DNA of 63,879 bases, filler included, from Sphacelaria rigidula (taxonomy: Eukaryota): the NCBI GenBank assembly GCA_964200075.2. It is 3 parts of 3 records of this genome, joined end to end, with 100 filler letters (N's around TTAATTAATTAA, not from the genome) between each part and the next. Parts side by side here need not be neighbours in the genome. Positions count along the whole stretch, not along the records: positions 1 to 21,228 come from CAXNAA020000449.1; 2 more parts are not named here. One strand, 5' to 3'. This document shows, piece after piece, positions 1 through 12,400 of the stretch. Positions within the stretch are counted from its first letter, which is position 1, and each line of letters opens with the position of its first letter. The position numbers and the translations under genes are program-made. The notes beneath the pieces are model-generated. The model did not search any database, was not told the DNA's origin, and saw only the letters and a program-made list of their open reading frames with translations.

Positions 1-344
1 TTAAAGTATGAAGGACCAATGCTACGATACCCCCCCCACCCCCTACTGTGGCTGTTTTTTTTTGCGGGGAAATCTACACACACAAATCGGAATGAAAAAA
101 GCCGAGCACAATGAGCAGCTAGGAATTCCCACGCTTGGAATCGTGTTCGCTGATGTCGCCCATATGGGGCGCTCCATGCAGCTTGAAACCAAATATCATG
201 CGCTGTATGACCTTCTTTGTCGTGACAGTTGTGGGCTGGTTTGGGGGAGGAGGGTATTGTAACATTAGTCGACGACAGGGGAGATTTGGTGAGATGGCTA
301 AATAGTCGGCGAATATGTCATGATGCTCCAGTGTTGAAACCTAC

Positions 345-1828
345 CTTCCTTGATGACGCGCTGAAGAACGGCAGGATTGGTCGCATCGCCCTGTAGCCAA
401 GTCACGCCTTCCACAGGGTTTGCATCCGGGGATGGCGTTCCCCTACGAGACAGTGAAGTCACCTGCGGCATTCAGAGATGAAATGCACGTATGGAGCCAT
501 AATTTAATCTGGATCACCGGGCCCAAGCGGTCGCCGGGCACAAAGCAAGACCGTTGAAGCAGGTTACGACCCAGATATGGACACTTCACTATGAGGCGTG
601 GACTCTCAGCCAAGCTGCAACCGGAAAATAAGCGAACTAGAGGTTCAGCTAACCCTGTGACTGCGAAGTTTTTGGCATCGTTAGAAATACTCCAAAATCC
701 TTTGCTTTGTCTTTTCTTTTGCCCAGCGGATCACCCGGATTTACCTCGACATGCAGGTCGCATCCATAAGCAGGAAGTCGTTTTGGACCAACGTCCTATA
801 TACCCTGGAATACTAATCATTTTCGCAGTCGATACAACGGGTAAGTTGGGGTACTCGGTGTTGCAACTACGCTGAGCACCCAGGGTACCTACCCCCAGAC
901 ATGGTACCCCTACCCTGAGCTCCTTGCGTAGATTGAAATCACGTGGTGAATCGAAATAAAGTGAAAGACGTTGGCATGGACACACATGGATTCCAAGTGA
1001 CTTGTAGTACTGTGCTGTACCTTGCAATCAGTGTGTGTACAACCAATACTGTAATCAATCATATTGACCTGATTTGTCTGGCGGTCACGTGATCTCCGAC
1101 CTCTGTACTGTCTGTCCTTTCGTCCACTCTGTTGAATATACATTCTTGTATCCGAGAGATATCAAATGGACGACGTTTCACTGTGAAGCTTCGCTCTGTC
1201 TGTTGTAGCAGAACAACACTAATAATGTACTACCACCGAGCATGGTTTTCGACGCGGGATTCAAAATTTCCAATGATACACTAGTATTTCCAGTCGTGGT
1301 GACGCGATGCGCCAACACAGAGCTCGCCGGAGCTCGTTCATGAAAACATGCTCAGTCGCTACCTATTGAAGTGTTCACGGGGCTGACTGTACTCACTGAA
1401 CGTAAAGATGCACTACATATTTCGATAAAGACGGAAACACCTGACGACACAAGATACAAGATACAAACGCGCTGTCAGCCCAGCACTTTCGAGTGCAGCG
1501 GCCGTACTATACGGCAGCTATACATTATGAGTAGACGCTCTGCGAGTTCAACGACTTATGCGCACGCCGTGGGCCGTGACACACACCTCCTGCTACGGCA
1601 GCGCCACGGCAGATGACCGTTACACACAGATGCGGTATGACAGCACAAATATTATGTCATCTTCGTCTATGATATGCACACCTCGAAACCGCTGTTAACC
1701 GCAATTCTCGATATGGTTGATCCAATGAAGCCCGTGCCTCCTAGAACAAGAATCTTGGGGGCAAGACCTGTCGCGACGCCCGCCATTACCGCGATAAAAA
1801 CACCTGTAATTATGTTCGCTTTGCCCAT
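345..1828 (-). CDS. NAD(P)-binding Rossmann-fold protein (atypical SDR / NAD-dependent epimerase-dehydratase family, resembling At1g32220/Coq11-like proteins); first two exons, continues off the left edge
   Basis: Exon 1 (1828-1682): ATG, MGKANIITGVFIAVMAGVATGLAPKILVLGGTGFIGSTISRIAVNSGFE, donor GAG|GTGTGC. Exon 2 (462-345): acceptor GCCGCAG|, VTSLSRRGTPSPDANPVEGVTWLQGDATNPAVLQRVIKE, donor G|GTAGGT. Joined in phase 0 they give the GGxGxxG loop, V.S.SR.G and W..GD motifs of atypical SDRs. Hydrophobic N-terminus looks like a signal peptide. Confidence 0.9.
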
Positions 1829-2393
1829 TTGTTGACGTTGCTTATGCTGCTGCTGCTGCTGATTCGTTACATGCAGTGACCCGAAAGATACAGTAGTTCC
1901 GCCAATGTCGAGTACTGTCAGACTGCAGGAGATGTACAAGAACCAGTTGTACCACGTGTCAATTGAGCCGGGTAGAATTGACGAGTAGTTCGCCACGACC
2001 AGGCAGAAGACCGTTGCAGTGACAGCTGTCCGAGGTAGGTACGATGCCTGGTTACTGTCTGTCCAATGGAGGGCTTCGTTTGTTACCTAGCGCGTGATGA
2101 CGGGTACCAGAATTGAAAGCGAAATCGAAACTATGTTTCCAAAACTTGAATACCTTGCAGCACGGCACAGATCGTTGTCGAAAACTCGAGTATTTTGTTC
2201 TAAAATATGATAAAATATTAAAAATTAAAGAGGCCTACATGTATATGTTCCCCGCGCCCCTAAAACATGACGGAGGCTTGTGTAATTTTTGAGTTCGCAC
2301 AACACCTCTTCAGGTGCTTTCTGTCTCTTCACAGCCCAGGCCAAAAACGCCGGTACGGCGCGGCTGATTCTTACTCAAGACGGACAAAACGCC
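1829..2393. promoter_or_regulatory. Short divergent intergenic region (probable shared/bidirectional promoter plus both 5' UTRs)
   Basis: Only 565 nt separate the minus-strand ATG (1828) from the plus-strand ATG (2394, context gccATGc). Contains an AT-rich patch near 2190-2230. Transcription start sites cannot be determined from sequence. Confidence 0.6.
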
Positions 2394-5300
2394 ATGCCAC
2401 CTACTAGACCACCGTCTCCACCGGCGGTGTCGACCGCTAACACCGGCGGTATATCCCAAAAAAGTCGAGGCGGCATGACGCCAACAGCACAACAAGCTAT
2501 GTCAAATACAAATTACAGGATAAACCTTCAGGCAACAGCAACAACAACACAAGCCGCAGCAGGTACAATAGCAGCAAAGCTGAGCGCCGCGGTGGACACG
2601 AGGACATCCACCGCAGCAGCAACCACCGCAAGCCCTTCGTCCTGGCTCGCCGGTGACTTCCCCCCTTCGAACGGAAGCGCAACAGCATCGAAGGCGAATG
2701 GTGCGAGCGCCGGAAGCGCTCCAATCGTGCCCGCAGCCCAGACAAAGGTCATCCACGGCGAGGTGAGCTCGTCAGCTCCAGCTTCCTCGACCTCAGCGGC
2801 AACGACAACAACAACAACACCTGTGGTTCCATCTTCGCATACTTCTGTGCAACAACCTACACCGCCGCCGCCACCGCCGCAGGTATCATCGCAGATGATG
2901 GCGCTTCCGCAGGCAACAGTCTCGAAGGCCGCTCAGCAGCAACAGCCCTCTATCCTTGCGGAAGCTCCAGTACCGGAAACAGCAGGAGCTGTACCAGCAA
3001 AGACCATCACTGGTGCTGTTCAGGGACAAGCTGCAGCGCCGCAGGCGGCAGCGGCGACGACCGCGCCGCCGATGGTGCATACTCCTGAGGTTACTTCTAC
3101 AACTACTCCGCCGCTTGTTGTACCACCGCGCTATCACTTCTGGGGGAACAAGCCGTCTGTTGCTGCCGCCGGTGGTGTTGTTCCGGGCGGCGGTTCGGCA
3201 GTTGGTGCCAACAACAGCATGGCGAGGGAGCTGCCTAGCATGATCAATGGCAACAAGAACGGTGTAAACACGCCACCGCCCGCGCCGTCGAAGCAGAAGG
3301 CGGTAGCTGAAGCTGGAGCGGACCAGCAGCCCCCCACGAAAGACAACATTACCCCTCATAGTGGTGGAAAGGGAGTGGAGGCTGGGACTAACGAGAATGT
3401 CGTGGTACCAGCCGTGACGGGTTCGTTTCAGGGTTCGTCTGTTGAGGTCAGCAAATCCGAAGGGAAGGACGCTGAGAACGAGAGGGCTGCGGAGAAGCCT
3501 AAGCCCAAGAAGCGGTGAGTCCTTGGCGGGGTCGTGTGAGAGTTGAGGTGCGCTTTTGTTGTTGTTGGTTCGGGGTGTGTCGTCGTGTTTTCTGTTTTCT
3601 TCCGCTGCTGTTGCTGCTGCCGAGTTCAGGCTTGCGGTGGAGGCGAGGTCGCATGATCATTTTGTACTCGTACCGATCTAGTTTTCAATGGTGCGGCGAG
3701 ATTATTTTCGTACCGATCCGCAGTGATACAAGTGTTGTGTGATTTCACCCTACGTGAGCCTCGCTGCACAACACACACAACAGCTTCATACAGTCGCACT
3801 ACCATCATGTTTCGCTCTTGTCTCCCTTGAAATGCAGCCTCACATTTTATTCATGAATTCTACCACGGCTTAGACCTCTTCACTCCACCATATACATACG
3901 CAAGTACTCTGCAACATTTCGCTGCCCGACTGCACACTAAATCCAGTCGATATTCTTTTGAAGTTTCGACCGCGAAAAATCATAACTATTGTGCCATCCG
4001 GTGGGGTATGTGTGACCAGTGGCTGGTGTATTGGACACATACTTCATGGTGTCTCAGGCCCAGTGGTGTATGTAGTATTCGTGTACTGCCATCTTTCGTT
4101 GATCGACTGATGGATTGACATTTTCATGCTGCGAAGCATTAGGCAATGCACAAGTACAGAGGTACACGCTGCTGTAAGGCGAACTGTAGTGCGTTGCAGG
4201 CGATATACTATGGTACGTAGTGTCGCACTCGTTTTCATTGATCAAGACATTCGACAGACGCCCTTACGGTATATTGCACACAGTGCAGTGCCGAACCGAC
4301 ACGGGTACACAGCGCGACAGGAAAAAGCGATGCAATCCGGAGCAATGCAACGCAAGGCATGAAGAGTATGTCCATGCACATCTACACTGCGACTGTCTCG
4401 ACGTTGAATTTTTTCTTACACATGAGAGTGGGTTTATGATTTATGCGGCCACACCGCGTTATACACCATGATAATACTCATGTTGCACAAGCTGGCTTTA
4501 AACTGTTGAATATTTTTGCTGTCCCATTGGGGGTACATCAGTTGGTGTTTCTCGCCACGCCGCGTTCTCGTGTCAGTTCTTGCTTTTCGATTGCTGCGTT
4601 TCGTTATGCGATTCATCCCTCCCTATTCCCTCCGTGCCGTTGTAACCTCGGTCAAATGCAAAAATCTCGAGAAGCAGGATCATGTTCAAGCTATTACCTC
4701 CTGGATATCTGGACTTTTACGGCAACGGAAAGGTACGGAAGGTAGCCCATGGATCATCTCCGGCGCTATCAGCCACACTGTCGGCCCCTGCAGAACCTCA
4801 CGAGAAAGACGGCACCGCGGCTGATGCGGCTGCCGCTGCAGCTGCTGCCAAAGCTATTCCTCGCATCTCGGAACGATACGTGCTCGAGGATGATGAACTA
4901 CAGTCGGACTTACTGCTGCTCAGGGTGAGGGCCCATGTCTTCCTTATTTAATTTATGTTTGTCTTTCCTTGTACTTTCAGCCCTCCATACAGGAATCAAC
5001 CCATCTCTCCCCCGGTACTGCGTTTGCACTTTGTTCTCGAGGATCGGAGGGATTAGCTCTCTCGCAGCTCGTTAACTTCCTTCGAGTTTCTTCACTCGGT
5101 GTCATCATCCTATGTTGTTGATGTTGTTGTTATTGTCTTCACATGAAAAAAAACTCCCGATATCTGCGTAGAACTCTGTACTGGGCATCTGATGGGGACG
5201 CCTTCCGTGGTGACAGGGTAACTACCTAAAATAGGGTATACGAAAAATTGAAAAGTAAAATCGGACCCAAAAAAATCACACAGTCGTGATACAAAATGAA

Positions 5301-6392
5301 AAAAACGGCTGTTAAGTCATGGATTCCGATGCTGTAGGCGACCATTCGGGATACTGCAGGCATGGTGAATTGGTCCACTCAATACGCGAGGCCAAACAGA
5401 AATGGAGTCGTATTCAGGATCAAGGATCACCAAACGTGGAATGTTGTCAGAAAAAAACGTCATTCAGTCTGATACATGGGTGTATGACCACGTAACGTCG
5501 AAGCGTGCGTCGATCCGATTTTGTGTGGTTTGTTGCTCAGCTAGAGCGACGACAGCCGAACTTGTTGGTGTTTGGTGTTAAGATTCGCCGACAAGTCAGG
5601 GGCAGTGCTTGCGAAAAAATCAAACAAGAACCACGGCAATCGCCCTGACGGATCTCTCACTGACTGAGAACTGCTGCGATGAAGATTGCCGAAAGAAAAT
5701 GCCACTACGATAACAATACCACGCAGGTTTTCGCTTTCTTTATTCGAAGACCAATTCAGCATAGAAAGCGGGCTCGCTGCGGTACGTAGTTCGCCGGATA
5801 GGTTGATCCAAGGTGACAAAAGTTGGGGGCCACTGCACGTGCTTGCAGGTTTATGGAGGTGGAGGAGGCTCTGGGAGTAGGCAAGCTGGGGTAGAGCACG
5901 CGAGGTCGCCTTTCTCACGGTAGTTTTCTTGTGTATGTGCCTTGAAAATGCTGTCCTGTGGCAATGTTTCTCACCCCATCATCGTTAGGATCAGCACAAA
6001 CAGCGAATAAGGGAATGGTCACATGAAATAAAGCGATAAAAAGAAGGAATCAAGTTTCACTGCGTCACCGTGTCACTGGATTTCTCAGTCTCTTATCCGT
6101 CACGAACCTTGTACGGCCAACAGCGGACGCTCGGCTTGGACAGGAAGAAGGCTCCCGATTTCGCAGCGGTGGCTACAGCAGGAATCGCAGAGGGTGAAAA
6201 TCCGCCGTCTGAGAGCAAGGCGAACGGTGCCAGTGTGGCCACGGGTGCCACACTTTCAGCTCCCGCAACACTGTCGATCGAATCCCAGACAGTATTAGTA
6301 CCCCAGCCGGAGGTTCAAGGCATCCCCGCTACCTCGGTCGAACAAGGACAAGAGCCTGTTTCATCGCTTTCGTCAACAGCAGCAGCAGCAGC

Positions 6393-6426
<34 letters not shown>

Positions 6427-9400
6427 GGTCCTACTCAATCATCTTGTGCCGGTGCCACAGAAACTAGTTCACTGGCGCCACCTGCCAGCGCACCCCAGCT
6501 GGATGGTGCCGAACACGAAGACGAAGACGGTGCGACTTCCAACGGTGCTACTCCAGCTGGCTGGAAGGGGAAGGGACCACTGAGGGCTAAAGTTAAAGCT
6601 GTATCTACTAATATCCCGTCGCTACTGCAGCCCCAGGCGCAAGAGAGTACGGGGGGGCTGACTGAGACGAGTGGTGTGGTTGGCAGCAAAGTTGGCGCTG
6701 ACGGCGGCGGAGAAAGGGTGAGTGCGATGGACATGAAAGGAAAAGAGAAAGGCACGGCGCTGTCGGAGTCCCAGGGAAACAAGACTAGCGGTGATGGACA
6801 CAAGCGGGGAGTGGAGGGTGTCGGGGGCAATGGCGGTGAAAGGACGGAAGCTGGAGCATTGGTGGATACCAAGGCACGTGATTCTGCTGTGGACATGATG
6901 GATGTAGACGAAACGCATCGGGATTCTCCTGTCGAAAACTCTCCAACGGTTCTCGGCAAAGATCCAGCAGTTGCCGGTGCATCAGGTACAGCTCACAAAG
7001 GCGAGGTACCTGGGGCGGTCGCAGCAGGGGCAGCCCCGCTGGCACAGCAGGATGCTAAAGCGGCGGAGGCGGGCGACATCGGTGTGGGCGCTAAGGATGT
7101 AGGAGTGGTGCCCGTGGTTGCTTACAGTCGACGGGAGCTGATGGAGTTCGAGGAAAGGCGGGAGGCATTAGAGTTGCAGGCGAGTGTCGGTGTGGACTTG
7201 AGACTTTATTGAGCATGCTCTTTGTGTCTTATCTTGATGACTTCTCTTTTCGACTGCAACGGTGAGCGGCACAGATGAAATGAACCGGTAGAGTCAATCC
7301 TGTTGGATACGAGTGTCTCGTGCGGGAATTTATTGCCCTTGTGTCGTGTGTGTTGGTTTTATTGCTGTTTTTGGAGGGACAAAGGTGGGTTCGTGGCAGA
7401 GCTTATGCCTAATGCCACACACTGTTGCTCGACAATCGTACTTGGCTCGTATCCCCTCTCCATTCCACATTGAAAAGGGGGGTGTCGCTGTTATTTACTC
7501 CTTTAAGCATTGGTCCTTTTCCTGTGCAGCATAAAGGCATGAAAATGTGATCGTAACGCTTGTGAATTATGGTATACCTGTTTCTATGTTGTGCTCGAAG
7601 AGATAATTCATGCTGTAGTCATTTTCCACATATCATGAACGGGTGAGAACAAAGGAAGGGCACACAACTTCGCCGTTACACTTTCTGGGCTCGGATTTTT
7701 CTTGTTTTTCGTTTTCCATGTGTTTCGTTTTTCAAATCTTGTGCGGCGCAGGAGACTCTTGTGAAGGAGAGACTGATGGAGCGAAGGGAGGCCTTTTCAA
7801 AAGAGCGCATCAGGGGAGAACGAATGATCAAGTATTTGCAGTTGCTAGAAGAGGAGGAGAGGCAAGCGATGGCACTCCTGGCTACCGAAGCTCGCATGCT
7901 AGAGGTACACGTCATGTAAACAACAGCCGACTCCAAATCTGCACGCCATGTATATGGAGTATATTCTTTGATTCTACTAAAAGCACAAGTTACTGCGGAG
8001 TAAATTGGAGGCCTTGAGTCGAACTTGTGTGTGATGAAGTCACAAGCTGCAATTGTGAGCCTCGATTGATGAGCCAATCCTGCTACACTACACGGACGTT
8101 CGTCTATAAATGTGTATCATATGAATAGTTTGTGGATACTACATAAAAGGGGGAAATTCCCATAAGTGTCTGTCGAGGACAGTCACCTTCACATTCAGCG
8201 TTGGGTTATTTGCGTTCTGTAACGTGACCGTGTTGGCAGGATGTGGTTGAGATGCTGCCTGAGCGACAGCGGGAGATTGATTCGCTACGCCAAAAACTCG
8301 AGGCTGCCAAGACGAATAAAATGTCTCCGACCATCGATGACTCGACGAAGAAATCGGCCGACCAGAGAAATGTCACGAACGATGGCACAGAGTCAAAGCT
8401 CGATGGCACCAAAGCGAAGGCAGGCGGTACATCTCCAGTACCTGCCCCTTGCTCTCTGCCCAGTTCATGTAGCAATTCCCAGACAGGTGAGTTTTTGTGT
8501 GTACCTGTACTGTATTTGTGTTTGGATCGTTGTTGTCAGTTTAATTTTGAGGGAAGGGAGGGGGGGGGGGGGGCGACAAGTGTTCGTTGTGGGCGTCGGA
8601 AGTGTCGAGCACAAAAGTATGCTGTAGTGATGGGTATCGAGAAATAAAGCAAAGGGATACTATATCCGATGTCTGCCGTGAAAATTCGCTATATCGATAC
8701 GAAATCCGATGTATCGTATCGCGTGATATCGCACGATATCGGATATGGTACTTGCATATTCGCCTTCGAACTTCCATAAGACGTCTATTATAGACTCCAG
8801 AACCAACCTGTTTTTCACAGGTGATGCCGCACATGTCGTATCTTGCATCCCGTGATATATCGCACGATAAATCGCGCGATACATCGTGAGGTGCGCACGA
8901 TGTATCGTGTGATATCACATATTGCACGACAGTATCGCGGAATACGAGATGCGGTGTTACCGAGATATCGCGCAACTCACGGCGATATAGGTTCGATATG
9001 TCCGGGATATATCGAGGTAAATATAATTGAGATTTCGGTATACGATACCCACTTCTAGTATACTGTTTGCATACGATTGTTTTTCGGTGGTCGTTGTGAT
9101 CGTTGTGGTCGTTATGGTGCCAATTTGAGAACTTGGACATGGTGAGACGACATGCAGTCGATGCTCGATGTCCGATGCTCGATGGTCGATACCTACCTTC
9201 CGTTTCGGTGGCATGCGTGGCATGCCCATAAAGATGGCATGCTCATATTACCCCGTGCTGCCCATTGTTCCGAATAAACGTCAAAATAGACGCTGCCTCC
9301 TCTGCTCGTGCTGCCGGCGAGGTAGACCAGTCCGACGGGTTAGATGATCACTTGTCGCCAGCTTTTGTCGGAAAGGGAAAGGGCCGAGCTATCCCTACGG

Positions 9401-12400
9401 GCGGAATTCCTCGACCACACACGGCGGCAGACCACCAGCGGGGTAAAGGCCTACCTCCGAGCGCGGGTGCTGTCATGCCTGGGGCGGAGGGAGGGAAGGG
9501 AGAAGAGGGAGTTACGGTGGATTGTGACCGGTCGATGGCTGGCCGGGCCATGCTGAGAACGTGGAACGCTATGGGAGAAAGGGTGAGTCAATGTTGGTGA
9601 CCTTCTGTGATGGCCATGCTTTGGGGATCTCAATAATACTGAAGTCACAGATGTTTGTAATCCAAAAATACTCGTGCTTGTACACTACTTCGCAGTCAAG
9701 TGTTTCCTACACTCCCAACATGATCACCATGTGTGGGAATTTTGCGTTTTGAGTTCTGGTCGCTGGCGAAGAAGGGCTTGCTTGCACTCGGGAAAGGGCC
9801 GTCATATCTGAAATCTTTGGTATGTAACTATAGTATAGCACCCATGATCCGGGCATGGGTTCAATTCAGGATGTTCGGTGGGTACACGTGCACTACTCGA
9901 GCCCCATCCGTCGCAGACAGTTCGAAGAGATTGCACTGTTGAGTTGCTTGTTGTCCGGGCCTGGCTGGGCTGCATTTCCCTTCCTTAGCTTGCTACAGCA
10001 TAAGATAGTAGGAGCAGGGGAGCTAGAAAGAAGATAGTATCCACTTAGCATCAACAGTATTTTCACAAGTACCAAGAAATAAGTCATGAAGCAAGCGTAC
10101 TGTATACCTTCGAGAGGAAGTGACGCCCTAGCACACGGGGTCGTACACGAGATGAAGGTTGAAACGGTCTGATGTCACGTGTAGGGTCCTTGGTTGTCTC
10201 CGCTGTGCATGAGCGATATTTATTTCATGTCTTACATTCACCCGCATTGTGTTGTCATGATTGGTGCGCTGTGGGATCGGTACCAGACCTTGGGCTGGCG
10301 TTTCCCCCCTTCTTTCTTCTTTTTTTTTACCGGATTTGCTTTCTGCTGCTATCCTCCTTTTTCGTTTCACCCCTGTTTTTCGAGTATCCTTCAGCGCATA
10401 TCTCCGTGTATTGACCTCGGCTACTGAGGTACTGTACATGTATCCTCTATTTAATGACCATAGTTGTACTTGTGCGCGGGTCAGTGATTAATAATGTGCG
10501 ACGATCGAGCAAATCAAGCAAGTCAAGCAACCAACTCATCGGATCACTGCAATGCCCATTACACCTTCGTTGTAGCTCTGGGTTCCGTCGATGTTAAAGC
10601 TCTCGAGACCGCGACGCAGTGGCCCATAGCTCAATTCAACCGCTGACATTTTTACGGCGTAGTGCCGTGTAAAGTAGTGTGACGTAGTGTAGAGACTGTA
10701 CACCTGTCTTTTTTTCTTGAGACGTCGCTCGTGTGTACTTGCTGCGGAAAGGGTATATCTGAGTGTAAAGCCATACTCTGGGATGAAGATCATTCGCCCC
10801 GTGAGTTATCTTCTGTGTTTCGTTTCGTTTGACACTCTCTTGCTCTACATGCCGTTTGGATCTATACCGCAGGCTATGGCCGCCAAGGTGTTGGTGAAAA
10901 CCCTCGAGGTGGAACTGGAAGCCAAAGCAGCGCCTTTTACGGTCACCGATGAGGTACTGGCTGCGTCCGCTCTGGCGGGCAGAGACAATGACGGAAGGAT
11001 GACCACCCGGCGCCGAGCGAACTTGCGTGCGACCGCTGCTTCGCTTAGGAATGGCGGGAAGGTGAGTCTTTTTTTTCAACGCACTTTCGACGTCAACCCT
11101 TGGACGGCGAGAGCAGGGCATCCGTTGAATCGGCATCACTTTCACTTGAAATAGGCATATATGATCCAGATGGACTACCCTCACGGTCTAAGGGTTAGCC
11201 TCATCCCCTCCCCTTCCTCGGGATGAATCGGTGGTCTCAAGGGATCAAGCCATATCTTCCCCGGTACAGCACACGCCTCCTTACAGTTTCGTATCGCGGA
11301 TTGGATCGTGACTATCAGCACTCCCGCACCGCACCGCGCGGGCTCTCGTCGAGTTAATTGTGCCTGTTTTTGCTACTCACGTCTTCACTCTCCAATGACA
11401 CTTTCTCATCATCGAAACGGCGGAAGTCAGATACGTAGTTTATTAGGAAACAAATTGAATGTAATTTGCCGGGTTTCGAACCTCATCGTGTTTTTTCCCG
11501 ACCTGATGTTGATGTTTCAGCGGTAACATTACACGGCCGCGAGTGTACCATAGTTATCAAGACGAACACATGTGAGACGCAAGGAAGGGCTTGTGAGCAT
11601 ACCAAATATCGATCGCATGTAATATTTTTGTGCACCAGTGTCAATGTGAACGTCTGCATACATGTAGATGTTGTGGAAAAGACTACGGAGGTGAAGAAGT
11701 GCAAGAGGTGAATATACAGTCACGGGCGATAGGTGGAACATTGTCTCTGTTTTCTCGGAAGTGAATTTGCAATAGTGCAACGGCAAGGCAATATTTTTTC
11801 GCAATGCATTTTTGGATGGCCTTGGTGCATCCATTATTATCGTTAATTACACATGTACCATGTGTTGACTGGCTTGGAGAGTAGTAGCAATGGTGCGAGT
11901 TCACTCCCAAATATTATCCTTCCCATCGGCCGCCTGTTCATTCACGTCTGGAATGGTTTTCAGCTGTGTAGTCCTTCCTGCCGGCGGCTTGTTCTGAAGT
12001 AAGTGGTGAGAGACGTTCTTGTGCAGTAGCATTCATGTCAATATTGTCGTATCAATACAATCTATTATGTATAAGGCTGGTCGCCCCAGTGGCTCGGTTG
12101 ATAACCTCGAAACCCTCTCATGGTTGAGTCGTGGGTTCGAATCTCGGAGCGATCGAAGATTTTTCTCACACCATGCCCAACAGTGGAGAGCGATTATGTC
12201 GTGGATACACGAAACTCGACTTCATGGTCGACGAGGGAAAGGAACTGCTGCGCCCTTCCCGCGATATAAAATAAAGACAAGCACCGCAGAAGGAAAGTGG
12301 AGAACTAGAACGAAACAAGGAATAAAAAACTCCTGTGTTGGCCTTCCTCCAGTGTGACCCCGGCTGGTGCTCCCACATATACCGAAAGGTATAGATCGGC

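Noticed and set aside
2289..2393. N-terminal extension from the TTG start given by the ORF track
   Set aside because: Eukaryotic gene; the first in-frame ATG in good context is at 2394.
3516..3518. In-frame TGA as selenocysteine or readthrough
   Set aside because: It is part of the GTGAGT splice donor.
12079..12160. tRNA gene
   Set aside because: A/B boxes are present but there is no convincing cloverleaf or oligo-T terminator, and the sequence continues into a body shared with 13426-13783, so it is a SINE head.
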